Source: Psammoneis japonica
Lineage: Eukaryota
Assembly: GCA_008632985.1 (NCBI GenBank)
Contig: QPGO01000006.1
Coordinates: 741,138 to 805,137, forward strand
Direction: 5' to 3'
Length of the DNA: 64,000 nt
A program made the position numbers and the translations under genes. Below the pieces are notes generated by a model. The model had not been told where the DNA came from. It did no database searches and was given only the letters and a program-made list of their open reading frames with translations. This document shows positions 46,620-57,949 of the stretch, in pieces (the first letter of the stretch is position 1; each line of letters begins with the position of its first letter).

Positions 46620-48690
46620 TCTTCCCTCACATTTCACAAACTTGCAAACAAGAACATCAACAACAACCATCATGGCATCTTTGTTTGACACATCAATGGG
46701 ACCCGGCTTTCCACATTCATTTCAATGGCAGTGCTGGAGTCAGCATCATCCCAGCAGACAGGGGCACAGCTTTGTCTCCTCCTTTTCCAGAGCATGGAGA
46801 AGACACACATTTGGAGCAGCTTGTGCTGGAAAACAATGGCACAAAAGACAGTGCAGTTCAGGCATTTTCCAAGTAAAAACTCACATGGGGAGAACCCACC
46901 AGGCATTTGCACACTGAGGCAGCGCTGCTCTCTCAGTGGCAGGCCTCCTCTGTGCTGCCCTGCCTGCTGTGGGTGACAATGACAGCACTGGTGCAGCCAA
47001 ACTGGCCCCGCTGGGGTGCACGTGTTCTTCTGCCAGGCCACTTGTGGCAGATGATGGTGGCAGCAATGACAATGACAGCCCAGATTGGATCTCCCTGTCC
47101 CCAAAGTGGGGGCACAGTTGTCTTGCTGACAGCATGCTGTGCTGCCCGCCTTTGCTTGTCAGAAGGAAGGGGGGGGGCGTGCAAAGCAAAGAGAAAATGA
47201 GCTCTTCTTCTGGCAACTCATCTCTCTGTTCTGTTCAATTGACAAGTGCTGGGGTGTCAAAAATGACCCATGGATTTTGTCCCACCATGCCAACATCAAG
47301 AGCATCTCAAATTTTTGCACTGTGTGGAACTTGGGCATGTCCAACTCTTGCACGGCACAAAGTCCCACTTGGCTTGCATGCCCACACACCACACTTTGAT
47401 GGCACTGTGGCGCAAGAGGATGTGCCATGCTGAGCAATGGCATGATTTTCTGCCAGCTGCAGGTTGGTTGCTCTGATTGCAGCTGAGCAACTGCTGCGCG
47501 CCAATCAACCACACCCTGATGGCTCCAGATCAAGTGCACAGCAGAGCTGTGCAACAACAACCTTGCTGGCCCAAAGCATGGCTGGGGCAATGAGGAGGGG
47601 TGCACAAGCACAGCATGTGCTGGCACAAGGTCTTCCACAATGTTGACACCATTGCCAAGCATGCCAGCTGCAATCAATGTGGTGCCACGGCAATGCCAGG
47701 CCATGGCGGCATTGGCAAAGCCAGCTGGTGATTGGCAGCACCCACTGTGCTTGCCCATGCACTTACATTCACTGCCACAAAGCAGGTTTCCAAATGGACA
47801 GCAATGGGGTGGGGTGACTTGGTGTGTGGGTGACATCAGAGCAGGTTGATGGCATGGTTGAGAGCAGCTCAATCAACTGATGCTGGGAAACAGGCAAAGC
47901 AAGTTTTTAAGGCAAGCCGCCACAAAGCACCTGGGACAAGAATTTTTCATTGGCTGGGTGGGTGAGCAGGAGGCACCTGGAGTGGCACACAATGTTTGTT
48001 GCAAGGAGATGGCAGAGGAAAACCTGCTTCACAGAGGTTGGAAGGTCAGCAGCTGAGTGGGCCATTCTTGCACATGTTTTGGGACAAGAAGCTTTCAAAG
48101 CCAATGCTGTGGTGTTGTCAATGGCAAGAGCTTGGGACATGTCCTGGTGACAGTGCAATGAGAACAGCAAGCAACATTGATGGGGTGGCGAAAGACTGCA
48201 GCTGCTGTTGCAAGACTGGCTCTCACACAAATGATGACAAGAAAGAAGATGTGCACACAATTCAGAGCAGTGAAATGCCATGGTGGCATGTCTTCCATCT
48301 CCCACCAATGCTGGAAATGCCAAGGCTGTGGTCTCACCTTCTTCTTGGTTTGCTCATTGGAGGCTTTTGTGGCTGCATCGCTGGAGGTTGAGCAGCATGG
48401 CATGTCTTTTCATTGTCGTCAATCTCTGCCTGAGTCTGCTGAAATGGGATGGAGCCATGCACAGGGGTGATCATGACTGCAGTTGCCATGGCAGAAGTCG
48501 GGACAGCTTTTTGAGCAAAAATGTGGTGAAGATGGAGAGGTTTGTCGGTGCCACTTACCTGTCCCACTGCACCTTCACTTGCGAGTGTGCCTCGCACACG
48601 TGCACTGCACCAGGCACTGTTTGCACGGTCGATGAATCAATCGTGCACGTGCAGTCTGTGGCACACATAGTTCGCCCACAAGCAGAGATA
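46620..48690. mobile_element. Heavily decayed transposon relic, class uncertain
   Basis: Almost no TA or CG over about 2 kb, no coherent ORF, sharp return to normal composition on both sides. Confidence 0.6.
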
Positions 48691-48789
48691 CGACTCTACG
48701 TGTACTCATTCGAGTACAAGAGAGATAACAAAGGAATGTAAATAAAGATAGTTTAGTCTTTAGGCACTCAAAACCGACCAGACAAGAAA

Positions 48790-49110
48790 GAATCTTGCAA
48801 CGCATTTGGGTGCCCATTCCGGATGGAGATGGATCATGAAGGCACCGGTTTTTCCCGCTACTCCATCAAGATTGGCAACCTCAATCTCAACCACCGATCC
48901 CCTCTCGTCATCCACAAGAGCTGGACTAGTTCCGGTTACAAGTGTCGAAGCCAAGAGGTGGAGTTGCCCTCGACACCAAATAATGCTGGTCTATGACGGA
49001 AAAGCAACAAACTTCAAGAGCCAAAGCCACTGTCACCACGACGAACCGCTCATCATTCTGTTGCTCGTCAACTAGACTACGCTTCGACTGCCGTTGCGTT
49101 AGAATGTCAC
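48790..49110 (-). pseudogene. N-terminal fragment of a cyclophilin-type peptidyl-prolyl isomerase
   Basis: Signal-like segment, a frameshift, then VVEIEVANLDGVAGKTGAFMIHLHPEWAPKCVARF; the rest of the domain is missing next to the relic. Confidence 0.6.
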
Positions 49111-49176
49111 CAGCAAGACCAAAGATATCCGATGAAGTCAATCAAGCGAGCTACCGAACATCATGCGCTAACTTTC

Positions 49177-52100
49177 CTATTCCTTTCGACGCCTGTCTAT
49201 CCACGTAGTCGCAGCACCACGAAGCACCGGATGGAACTTCTTCGTTTGTCTTTCCAGCCAACCGCAGAAAAAATCGACATCTTCTTCATCTTGTTCAGGC
49301 ATGTGCTTCCATAGTTCATTCAGGACGTGATTTGTCATTAAGGTATATGAGGAAGTGGCATCAAGAATTTGATCTGTTTCGTAAGTCAGCTTGCGTTCGA
49401 CAGCTGTGGATAATTTTTCTAGAAAAGTCCCTGAGGCACCAGTGAAGTATGCCCACTGCCTTTCCATAGTACCTCCCTTTGCCCTCAACTTTTTTGGCAG
49501 CATTTTTGATACCATTTTGCCAAAGAGTAGGTCTACAATGAAATGGCTGTTGGTATCGCATGCTGCGACGTAGTCTTCACACAAAGTTTTCGAATCTCTG
49601 CTCTGGAAAACTCCCGCATTGGAGTATAGTTCCACAACAAAATTAGCCGCATACTCCAGTATTCGAAAGTAATCTTTTTCATGCAAAGGGTTGCCCAGTT
49701 TCAATCGAGCGTCTTCACAGGTAGCAAGTCTTTGAATGAAACTTCGTGCAAGATCATTACCCCACAGCATGCTCCCCAAAGAAGAAGAATTGCCGCCTTC
49801 TGACGCATTCAGCTCATCTGCAAAGACCAATGCATCGCATAAGCCGTGGAATAGCTCTTCATCGAAGAACAAATCCCTCCGCGCATGAATGAAATAGTCT
49901 CTATACTGTGCGACAAACATCTCATAAGAATCGCCGCCCATTTGAATGTCATGAACCATCGCCATCTCGATAATTAAGCCGAGAAGCGGTGCAAGATCGC
50001 CGTCTGCGTCCTCTAGAAACATCTTTCCGTGGTCAACTTGGTCTTCTGCGCCGACAATGTAATCATGAAAGTCTTGGAATGGGTCACTCAAATCTTCAGG
50101 TGGCTTCCTTACGGAAGCTGGAAAGAACAGGTCGCCATAGTCTATGGCAGACGATGCTAGTGCGACGTCTGATAGAAGATGGTAATAAAACACAGCAGCG
50201 CCCAATAATTCTTGATCTGTATACAGACGAAGACGGACAAATTCCTTCATCATGGTCTGAAGAGCCTCTTTCGCTCCGTTATCCGAGGCGCCATGTTTCC
50301 AGTACTGAGAAGTGGAAAATTCGTCTAAGCCTGAAACTAGGTGCATCGCATCTTTCAAAACACACTGGACTAGGTCCGTGAAATCGACGGCACTTTCAGC
50401 GGCAGAAGACGCTGCGGCTGCTGCCTCCGAAATGTCTCGAATCAACAAGACAGTTGCAGGAACCACGGAAGACAAGTACTTGTTTTCGAACGGTGGAATC
50501 GAAGCGTCGTCGTTTGCAGGTCTTGTATTTATCAACGGCTCAAGCTCTTCTCGCATATCTTCCAAAACTTTCACAAACAGTTCGACACGTAAGGGCTGAT
50601 TTCTCATTTCCTTTATACTCGACAAAAGATTTGCCGCCAACTCAAAGTATTCGACTTCAGTCTCAAAATGGTCGAGTAGAGTCTCCCAACAATTTTGAAT
50701 GACTGCAAACAACAGTGACGTTCCATGCGGGCTACCAAAGTGCCGTGCCCACGTACAAACCGCGTATGCTGCCATACAAAAATTGCTACTGTTGTGGTTT
50801 CGAAGAAAGTCGTGACTTGCATCCGTTACTTCACCTTTCTTGTCCAAGGTGATGATTGATGTCAAGACATTCCATGAATCCGTAGCGAGCAAATGATCCA
50901 GAGTTTTCCGAGACTCCTTGCCCTCTGTCGTCCAGAGGGGTGCCAATACTTGAGCTCTGGCGGACAAACTCAAAGACGAGTACCACGGTATAATTCCTTT
51001 CGCATTGCGACTCTTTGGGGAATACCGTCCAAGGGATTCCACGACAGCAATAAGATCACTGTCATCGTCCTCATTGAATTTTACCAAGAGTTGCGATAAA
51101 AGTTCCGGCTCGTCGATCAATTGCTGTTCGGCAAGCAGGACTTGGATCGTGAACCTGGCTATCGTTTGATGCATTCTCGATGGAAAATCGAAACCTTTGA
51201 TCTCATCCGTCAATGATGTGTTTGCTAGGGTTTTCAATACGAGCTTTAGCACTTCAATTGCGGTTTTCTTATCTCCATTCATGTTTTCTGAAAGGATTTC
51301 AATATCATCGAAACCATATGCTTGAAAGAGTGATTCGGAAAAGGAGTCAACGTCACCCAAGGCATCTTCCATGAGAGAAACATCACCCAATTCCGCTGCA
51401 CATTTGAGGGCTAATCGATGTGACTCCTCATCAAGTATTGCAGTCGCAACAGCAGTGGGAGAATCGGTAGAATTCCTTGACTGCGATTGCAGATCCTTCA
51501 GTTGAACAACCTCCTGGAAAAGGCTTTTCGCTTCATTCAATTCTCCCATTCGAAGATAAGAATGAAGCAAGCAATTGAGTGAAGCAGCACTGGATGGGAT
51601 CGAAGATAGGGACGATAAAAGCAGTTCTCTGCCCTGGGAAATGTGTTGATCTGTCGTTGCAAAAGCCTGGATCACAAAATGCCGCAGTTGATCCCGTTCT
51701 TCGTCATGGCCAAAAACACCAGTCGATGGTTCAATTTCCTCTGCATTATAGTCTTTGTCTGTAATGACTTTGTAGTATCGCTCCGCATACGGGAGGGCGG
51801 AATTCCAATCTTCCATCTCGGCATAAGCCCACAACCCGAACTTATCAAACAGTTCATTGTTCGTTTCATCTTGTTTTTTGTCCGGCAACAGCGCCACTAT
51901 TTCGGCGGGTTTGTTTCCCTTGTAGAATATTTCTAATGCTAAAAGTCGAGCTTCCATCCCAATGTCGATTAAGCCGTCGTGTAGGGCGTTCTTCAATAGC
52001 TTCTTTGCCTGTCTGGTCTTGAGCGTAGTCTTCTTTTTCTTCTTGCTCTGTGGCCCTTCCATCGTTTCTCGGAGTTTGAGGGCGAGCCGGTTCTGCGCTA

Positions 52101-52365
52101 GTGTGGTTTCGACTTCCTGCAACGCATCGATTCGTTCCTTCCTTTCTCGGAGAAGACGTTTTTCTTTCTGTGAGACCATAAATAACCGAGGACGGACAAG
52201 GCGAAGATTTTTTGGTCCTGCATTAGTGGCTGTCGTTGCATGTAAATAATGCTGCTGTCGGAGCGGCACGAACGCTGAAACACATGCTGTCTTATGCGTG
52301 CCATTGCCGTGCAGTGCAAACAGCACAAACAGGGAGAACACAACGAGATGATGGGCGGGCCTCAT
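49177..52365 (-). CDS. Large helical-repeat (PPR/TPR-like) protein, probably plastid-targeted
   Basis: 1062-aa ORF; signal + VSA-FVPL motif; PPR-like SLNCLLHSYLRMGELNEAKSLFQEV. Confidence 0.8.
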   Translation of the reverse strand: MRPAHHLVVFSLFVLFALHGNGTHKTACVSAFVPLRQQHYLHATTATNAGPKNLRLVRPRLFMVSQKEKRLLRERKERIDALQEVETTLAQNRLALKLRETMEGPQSKKKKKTTLKTRQAKKLLKNALHDGLIDIGMEARLLALEIFYKGNKPAEIVALLPDKKQDETNNELFDKFGLWAYAEMEDWNSALPYAERYYKVITDKDYNAEEIEPSTGVFGHDEERDQLRHFVIQAFATTDQHISQGRELLLSSLSSIPSSAASLNCLLHSYLRMGELNEAKSLFQEVVQLKDLQSQSRNSTDSPTAVATAILDEESHRLALKCAAELGDVSLMEDALGDVDSFSESLFQAYGFDDIEILSENMNGDKKTAIEVLKLVLKTLANTSLTDEIKGFDFPSRMHQTIARFTIQVLLAEQQLIDEPELLSQLLVKFNEDDDSDLIAVVESLGRYSPKSRNAKGIIPWYSSLSLSARAQVLAPLWTTEGKESRKTLDHLLATDSWNVLTSIITLDKKGEVTDASHDFLRNHNSSNFCMAAYAVCTWARHFGSPHGTSLLFAVIQNCWETLLDHFETEVEYFELAANLLSSIKEMRNQPLRVELFVKVLEDMREELEPLINTRPANDDASIPPFENKYLSSVVPATVLLIRDISEAAAAASSAAESAVDFTDLVQCVLKDAMHLVSGLDEFSTSQYWKHGASDNGAKEALQTMMKEFVRLRLYTDQELLGAAVFYYHLLSDVALASSAIDYGDLFFPASVRKPPEDLSDPFQDFHDYIVGAEDQVDHGKMFLEDADGDLAPLLGLIIEMAMVHDIQMGGDSYEMFVAQYRDYFIHARRDLFFDEELFHGLCDALVFADELNASEGGNSSSLGSMLWGNDLARSFIQRLATCEDARLKLGNPLHEKDYFRILEYAANFVVELYSNAGVFQSRDSKTLCEDYVAACDTNSHFIVDLLFGKMVSKMLPKKLRAKGGTMERQWAYFTGASGTFLEKLSTAVERKLTYETDQILDATSSYTLMTNHVLNELWKHMPEQDEEDVDFFCGWLERQTKKFHPVLRGAATTWIDRRRKE

Positions 52366-52719
52366 GGCGTCCTTGTCCTCAACGAAGATATGAAATGCGC
52401 CCTGCGCATCGCGACGCTGTCAACATTATTTTAGGATACAATGGCTATCCAGCAGTTCCTCACATCCAGCCACGCTTACATAATAAGTAGGATTTGTACA
52501 GTAGAATTCGTTGAAACATACTGTACGACGTCAGCAAGAACATGTGTCTGGCATGCATCCCACACATCTGTTACACTTGGCAGTAGATCGAGATATGAGG
52601 CGTCATAGTCGTACAAACGTCGTATAGTCGTAGTGGGTAGAACCGACTTCAACTACGAGATACATCATCGCACATTGAACTTCCACAAGATGTCGTTCCC
52701 GCTGACGTTCATAACCTCA

Positions 52720-55678
52720 CCGGTGTGATGCCGCTGCTGTTAGCAGTGCATCCCAATGTGGAATGCACGAGCGAACGATGACGTGTCAAGTGAATCGAGA
52801 CGAGCGATCTGCAACGTGTCGGGTCCGTCAATCATGCACGGAAGTTTGCTTCAACCCCAATTTTTCATGAGATCTGAACTTTTGCAAAGGAAGACTCTCC
52901 AGCCATCTCGACACAAAGCATCGCCAGTTGCAGCTGAGACAACATCTGCGGGGACCAGAATGCACTGGTCGCAGAGTCTGCAGAGACCGGGAAACACCGG
53001 CTGCAGATTTGTCATGTCGCATTCATTGTCATTCATTGCACTCTTGACACACTGAAGATTTGTTGCACACACTCGTCTGCTGACTCCAGAAAACACTGGA
53101 AGTGGACCCTGCAGTGACTGGGAACACCAGTTGCAGGTCGGATTGTCTGCCATCTGTTGATCACATTGACTTTGCTCAGATTGTTCTCATTGCAAGTCTC
53201 ATGGGTCGTCGTGTCATCTGGTGTGCACCTGTTGCTGCGTTGTTGGTTCAACTTATCTTTGCGCAGTGTGAGCCTGCCGTTGCAAGCTGTCTTGTGGATG
53301 ACAGCAACACCAGGCACCGAGACAACACAAACAGATGTTTTGAGAAGCTTTGTTGCAGGAATGGAAACGAGTGCGTCCCTTGGGTTTGTTTGGTGTGTGA
53401 CAGATTGTCAAAACTGTCTCAGACTGCTCGACTTTCTGTCAACAAATTGAAAGAAGCCAGACACCTGTTGACTCCATCTGAATGGAACCAAGTGTCGGAA
53501 GACCCACACGATTGTCATCGCATCGATGACGACCACATTCCACGGGATTGCCGATGGATTTCCGACCTGTCACTTTCGCCAAGAGCTCGACACATTGTTC
53601 CGAACGACAACAGAAGGTCTGAAGGATTCACTTGTTGCAGGCCTTGTAAAAGGAGTCTCTGCACTGCTTCTATGCCTCCACACGCAACAGCAAATAATTG
53701 CTGTTTTGGAACACCACCACCTGAATTATCGTGTCTTGCCAAAGTGGAGCTGGCTTTGTTGACACCTGTGAAAACACATGGCTGCTGCTTCAGTTTTGTC
53801 GGTGGCAAACAGAAGAAACTGCAAGGCAGTCTTTCCTGTTGCAAGACAAACACAAAGAGCATCGCCCGCACCATTGTGCACTTTGACGTGTTGAACCTTC
53901 ATCAAAATGTGGTTGTGTTGGCATCCGGCAAAATGACACCAGAGCAAAGGCGAATGGCCAGACAAAAGAACAAAATCAGGACTCACCATGTGATGAGAGC
54001 ACCAGAATGGCTTGTCCATCACCACGAGAATTGGATGAATCAAGACATCGATCTAGAGGAAGTGCGGAGTAATTTGCAGAGTCCAGTTTCAGTGGACAAT
54101 GGCAGCCCAGACGAAAGCGAAAATGCAAACATTGAAACCACGGAGTCCTGCAGTGTTCATTTCCCCGATGGCGCCGTTTCTTCAACAACTGGTGGACAAC
54201 GTAATTTAGACAGCTTCAAAGACTTGGTGCACGATGCAGCTGCAAGCGGTTTTGACATTGAATTCAAAGCTGATCTTTTGAAAGAATCAGTCAGTGACTT
54301 TAAGGATGACAACCTGGCAAATGCTTGCTTGCTGCAATTTCCTTGTGGGTGTGGCGGTGTTGATGAAACAAGAATGAAAGAAGACGGGAGTCTCACCGAC
54401 TGTGCAAATCTAGCACATTGCGCAGATCACTTGGCCCGCATTTCTCAGCCCCATTTCCACAAGCAACTCTTTGTTCTGACCCTGTGCAATCTGACTGTGA
54501 AGCAACGAATGGTGCACAGTGCTGGATGGAAAGTAAGAGACAAAAATCAAGCCAGACAATTCTCAAATGAACTGACACAAGACGACGTCGACTGTGCCAT
54601 GTGTGACAGACAGACCGGTGAACGCAGGAATTATGCATTGGGACATCGTTTCTTAAGTGCAGTGGATGTGGTGTCGGCATCTGTTCCACGTGCAAATGAA
54701 GCAGCAAAAAAAATGAGAAGAAATGCTGAAACCTGCCAACACCACTTTGGACAACCTGGAGCATTTTTAACGACAAGCCCCGATGATGCCAACTCCTTTT
54801 TAGTTCAAATTTATGCGGACATGCTCATCGACAAAGGCAGAGATGTGACAGAAATGTCGGATGAAGAATCAACCGAAAAGGCTAAGGCAAGAAACGAGCT
54901 TCGTGTGGAGCACCCGGGTGTCACGGCTTTTGCACTCGAAATGTCATTGGAAATCGTCACAGAAGAAGCAACAGGATGGGACTTAAAAAGGAATTCACCC
55001 AGAGAAGATTTTGAATTCCACATGGGGAGACCCTCCGCTTTCACAGCTGCAATGGAAGAACAAGGTAGACTCTCGGCACACGGTCACATTCAGGCATGGT
55101 TTGAAGACATGAACACAGCAAGAGACAATCTGCACTCTGACAACAGAGATTTTAGGCGTGATGGTAAAAGAACACTGTCCAAACTGACCAGTCAGATCTG
55201 CACAACTGGGTTGACATGTTTAAAGGACCCAACCCAACAGATGACAGCTGAGGAAAAAGAGAAACACATGCTCGGACTGAAAGCAACCCAATTGGCATTC
55301 ACAATGAACAACGCGACTGCAGGACACAAGCTTCAAGGAAGCGGTGTCGACAATGTGTTTGCACACAGCTGGAGCCACACACAAAACTGGGCACATGTCA
55401 TGCTCTCCAGGGTTAAGACCAGAAATGGTCTGCATCTTCGGCAACCGCTGAAGAGAGACTTAAGTCTGCACAGACTGCCGGACGGGTGTAACACCCTGCT
55501 CCGGTTGATGGAAGGAAAAAGTGTCACATGCTTCACCAACGAACAGCATGATGACATTTTGCAGTCCAATTGACACACAGAACATTTTGACACTGCATGT
55601 GGGAATTGTTTCTACATTTTGGAAAATGTTCCAAGCTTTGTGCGCGGGCTTGCAGGCGTGCCCGGCAACAACCGATAG
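52720..55678 (+). mobile_element. Internally deleted Helitron (Rep-helicase), TA-hypermutated
   Basis: ORF 53102-55573: LLQFPCGCGG, HHFGQPGAFLTTSP, HUH motif EEQGRLSAHGHIQAW fused to a Pif1 C-terminus TAGHKLQG...AHVMLSRVKT; 3' hairpin CGGGC/GCCCG (55645-55664) then GATAG ending at 55678. Confidence 0.88.
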
Positions 55679-55999
55679 AAAACAAAGGGTCTAATCTAAC
55701 AAATCGATGTTAGCACATTATTGCAATGACAGACACACTCAGCAACCAGTGACACACAACGTTAGGACAGTTCTCTTATCATCTGCCATAGAGCGATCAC
55801 ACCAGAATTATCAAAAAGGGGAAACCCACGTCTCTTCTTATAATGTGTCCATACACAAATGCAAGAATTAAATCGCCATTTTTTGATATAATGTTAAAAC
55901 ACAAATGTAGAATTACGTCGCACATTAATTAATTGCGAACCCATCATTTAAGCGTGCGAATTTTTTAAAAAATGATTGGTGGCAAGTAAAGATCAAAGC

Positions 56000-57700
56000 T
56001 CTAAAATTTGATGCTCGCGCGCATGGCAATCCAAACCAGCCCGGGTTCCACACCTCCTCACTTCGTGTCCAGAGTTCCTGCCATGAAGGAGGAACCAATT
56101 TTTCGGGGAGTTGCTTGTGGGTTGTGTTGTCCGTTCCCTGCAGAAGAAAGGAGAAAGGCGCACTCTGTGCCGTGTTGAAGATTTGGCGCTCTTGTGCTTG
56201 TTCCCAGTGGCGGCTGACAACCTGAGACCGTTCCGTGAGTGTTGCTGACTCTCACAGGATCATCCGAAATGTTTGTGGATCGCCATTTCCCTTGAACACT
56301 GGGGTCACTGATGATGCCAAAGAAGCGTCGTGAAAGACTGCTGGGTGACATTTGAAAGAAATGACAACTGCTCCAGAGCAAACTCTTTGGACAACTCCCA
56401 AGTGAGTTCAGCTGTGAGGTTGTGGAGCGTCATCAAAATCATGTGATGCACACTCAACATCAACCAGATGGAAGGGGGGGGGCAGCAAGTTTTGGTGCAG
56501 CAGCACACCACCTCTCAAGAAATCCGGCAGTGCCTTTGGGTGCACTCATCCCAGGGTGCGGAGCTGGTGGCAGCTTTGCAGCACTCATTGAGGTCTTGCA
56601 GCAAAAAGACTTTGGAGCATGAACTCATCTTGAGAGGTCTCATCCAACAGGGAGTCAACAACAGAGGCACCAAAATTAAAATGTCTGCACTGTGCAGTGT
56701 CACAATCAACCCCATCTTCAAGAAGCCCAGCTTGCTGAAGAAGAAGAACAGCCGCTCTGCGATTGTTCCATGACCAAGACAGATCAAGACATGCACTGTC
56801 ATCCTTTTTGTCCAAAGGCAACAACCAATCTCAGTCAAGAGGAGCTTTGGTGCAGTTCCTCAGGACTTGCTCATTGCTGCTGGCTCTCAAGCCTGCATTG
56901 TGAGATGAGTTGTTCTGTCAAGGTGACACTTGTCACCACCGCGGTCGTGGCTTGCCAGAACAGGGTGGGTTGGCATGGCATTTTCAATGGTGGCATGCTC
57001 TCCTTGTGTTGATGGAATGATGCACAGAGGAGGCACATCTTCTGGCCCAGCACTCAAGCAGTCTGGGGCAAGAGGAGGAGGAGCATCACAACAAGCTGGA
57101 GATTGGGCCATGCCTGCTGGCAATTGCACCTGGCTGCAGTGGTTGAAGTTGTGGGATTCTCACATCAACGCCATTCATGGGCATGACAAACCAGGAAATT
57201 CATGAAAGAATGTTGAGATGTGGAGGCTGAGGCCAGTGCATTTGCTCCTCCTACAAGGATGGCCACCAGTGCCCACACCTGCCTGAGGACATTTTGCATG
57301 ATTTGTTGGACTTGGTGGATGAGCACCTTCAACATTCAATGCACAGGTTTTGAAACTGGATTGTGATGGCAATGTCCAAGTCAAGCATTGGGGATGCTCA
57401 TTGTTTGGCATTGAGGGCCACATGAACGATTGCCAGTCACTTCGGCTCCCACACACTCCTGCCTCACATTGGTGCATGACTGGGGGTGTGGGTTGGCTTG
57501 TTGCTGGAGTTGCTGGGTAGAAGCATGGTGGCACCTTTGAAAACAGAGTTTGTTTGGTTTGGGTTGAGTTACCTTGTCATCTCGACAATTGAGAAATGAG
57601 ACGGTGAAATTGATGTGAGGGCCGCCATTGTAATTTCAAGTTGTGTGTTCTGCACAAGAAGGCAGGGTGTCACACGCATGGCAGGGGAATGGAGCAGAGA
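56000..57700. mobile_element. Decayed transposon relic, class unknown
   Basis: TA- and CG-depleted block with no recognisable intact domain. Confidence 0.55.
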
Positions 57701-57949
57701 TGGTTATTTGTCCTCACGCTACCATGGCTGTTGCTACAGATCGTTTCTGTTGCCTCCAATGTTCCAGTCTGACATCTTGACTTTTTCAGGAGAGTGAAAC
57801 ACTTAGCTTTCCCTCTCTGGTCGAACTAAAGCACATTTTGTCAACCTGGATCTTCTTGCTCTCCAGCTCTAGAGAAAGCCATCAGCTGTTCCTGACATAT
57901 AAATAATGTTCTCGAATGCATAGGTATTACAATAACGTGCCTCTCTAGC

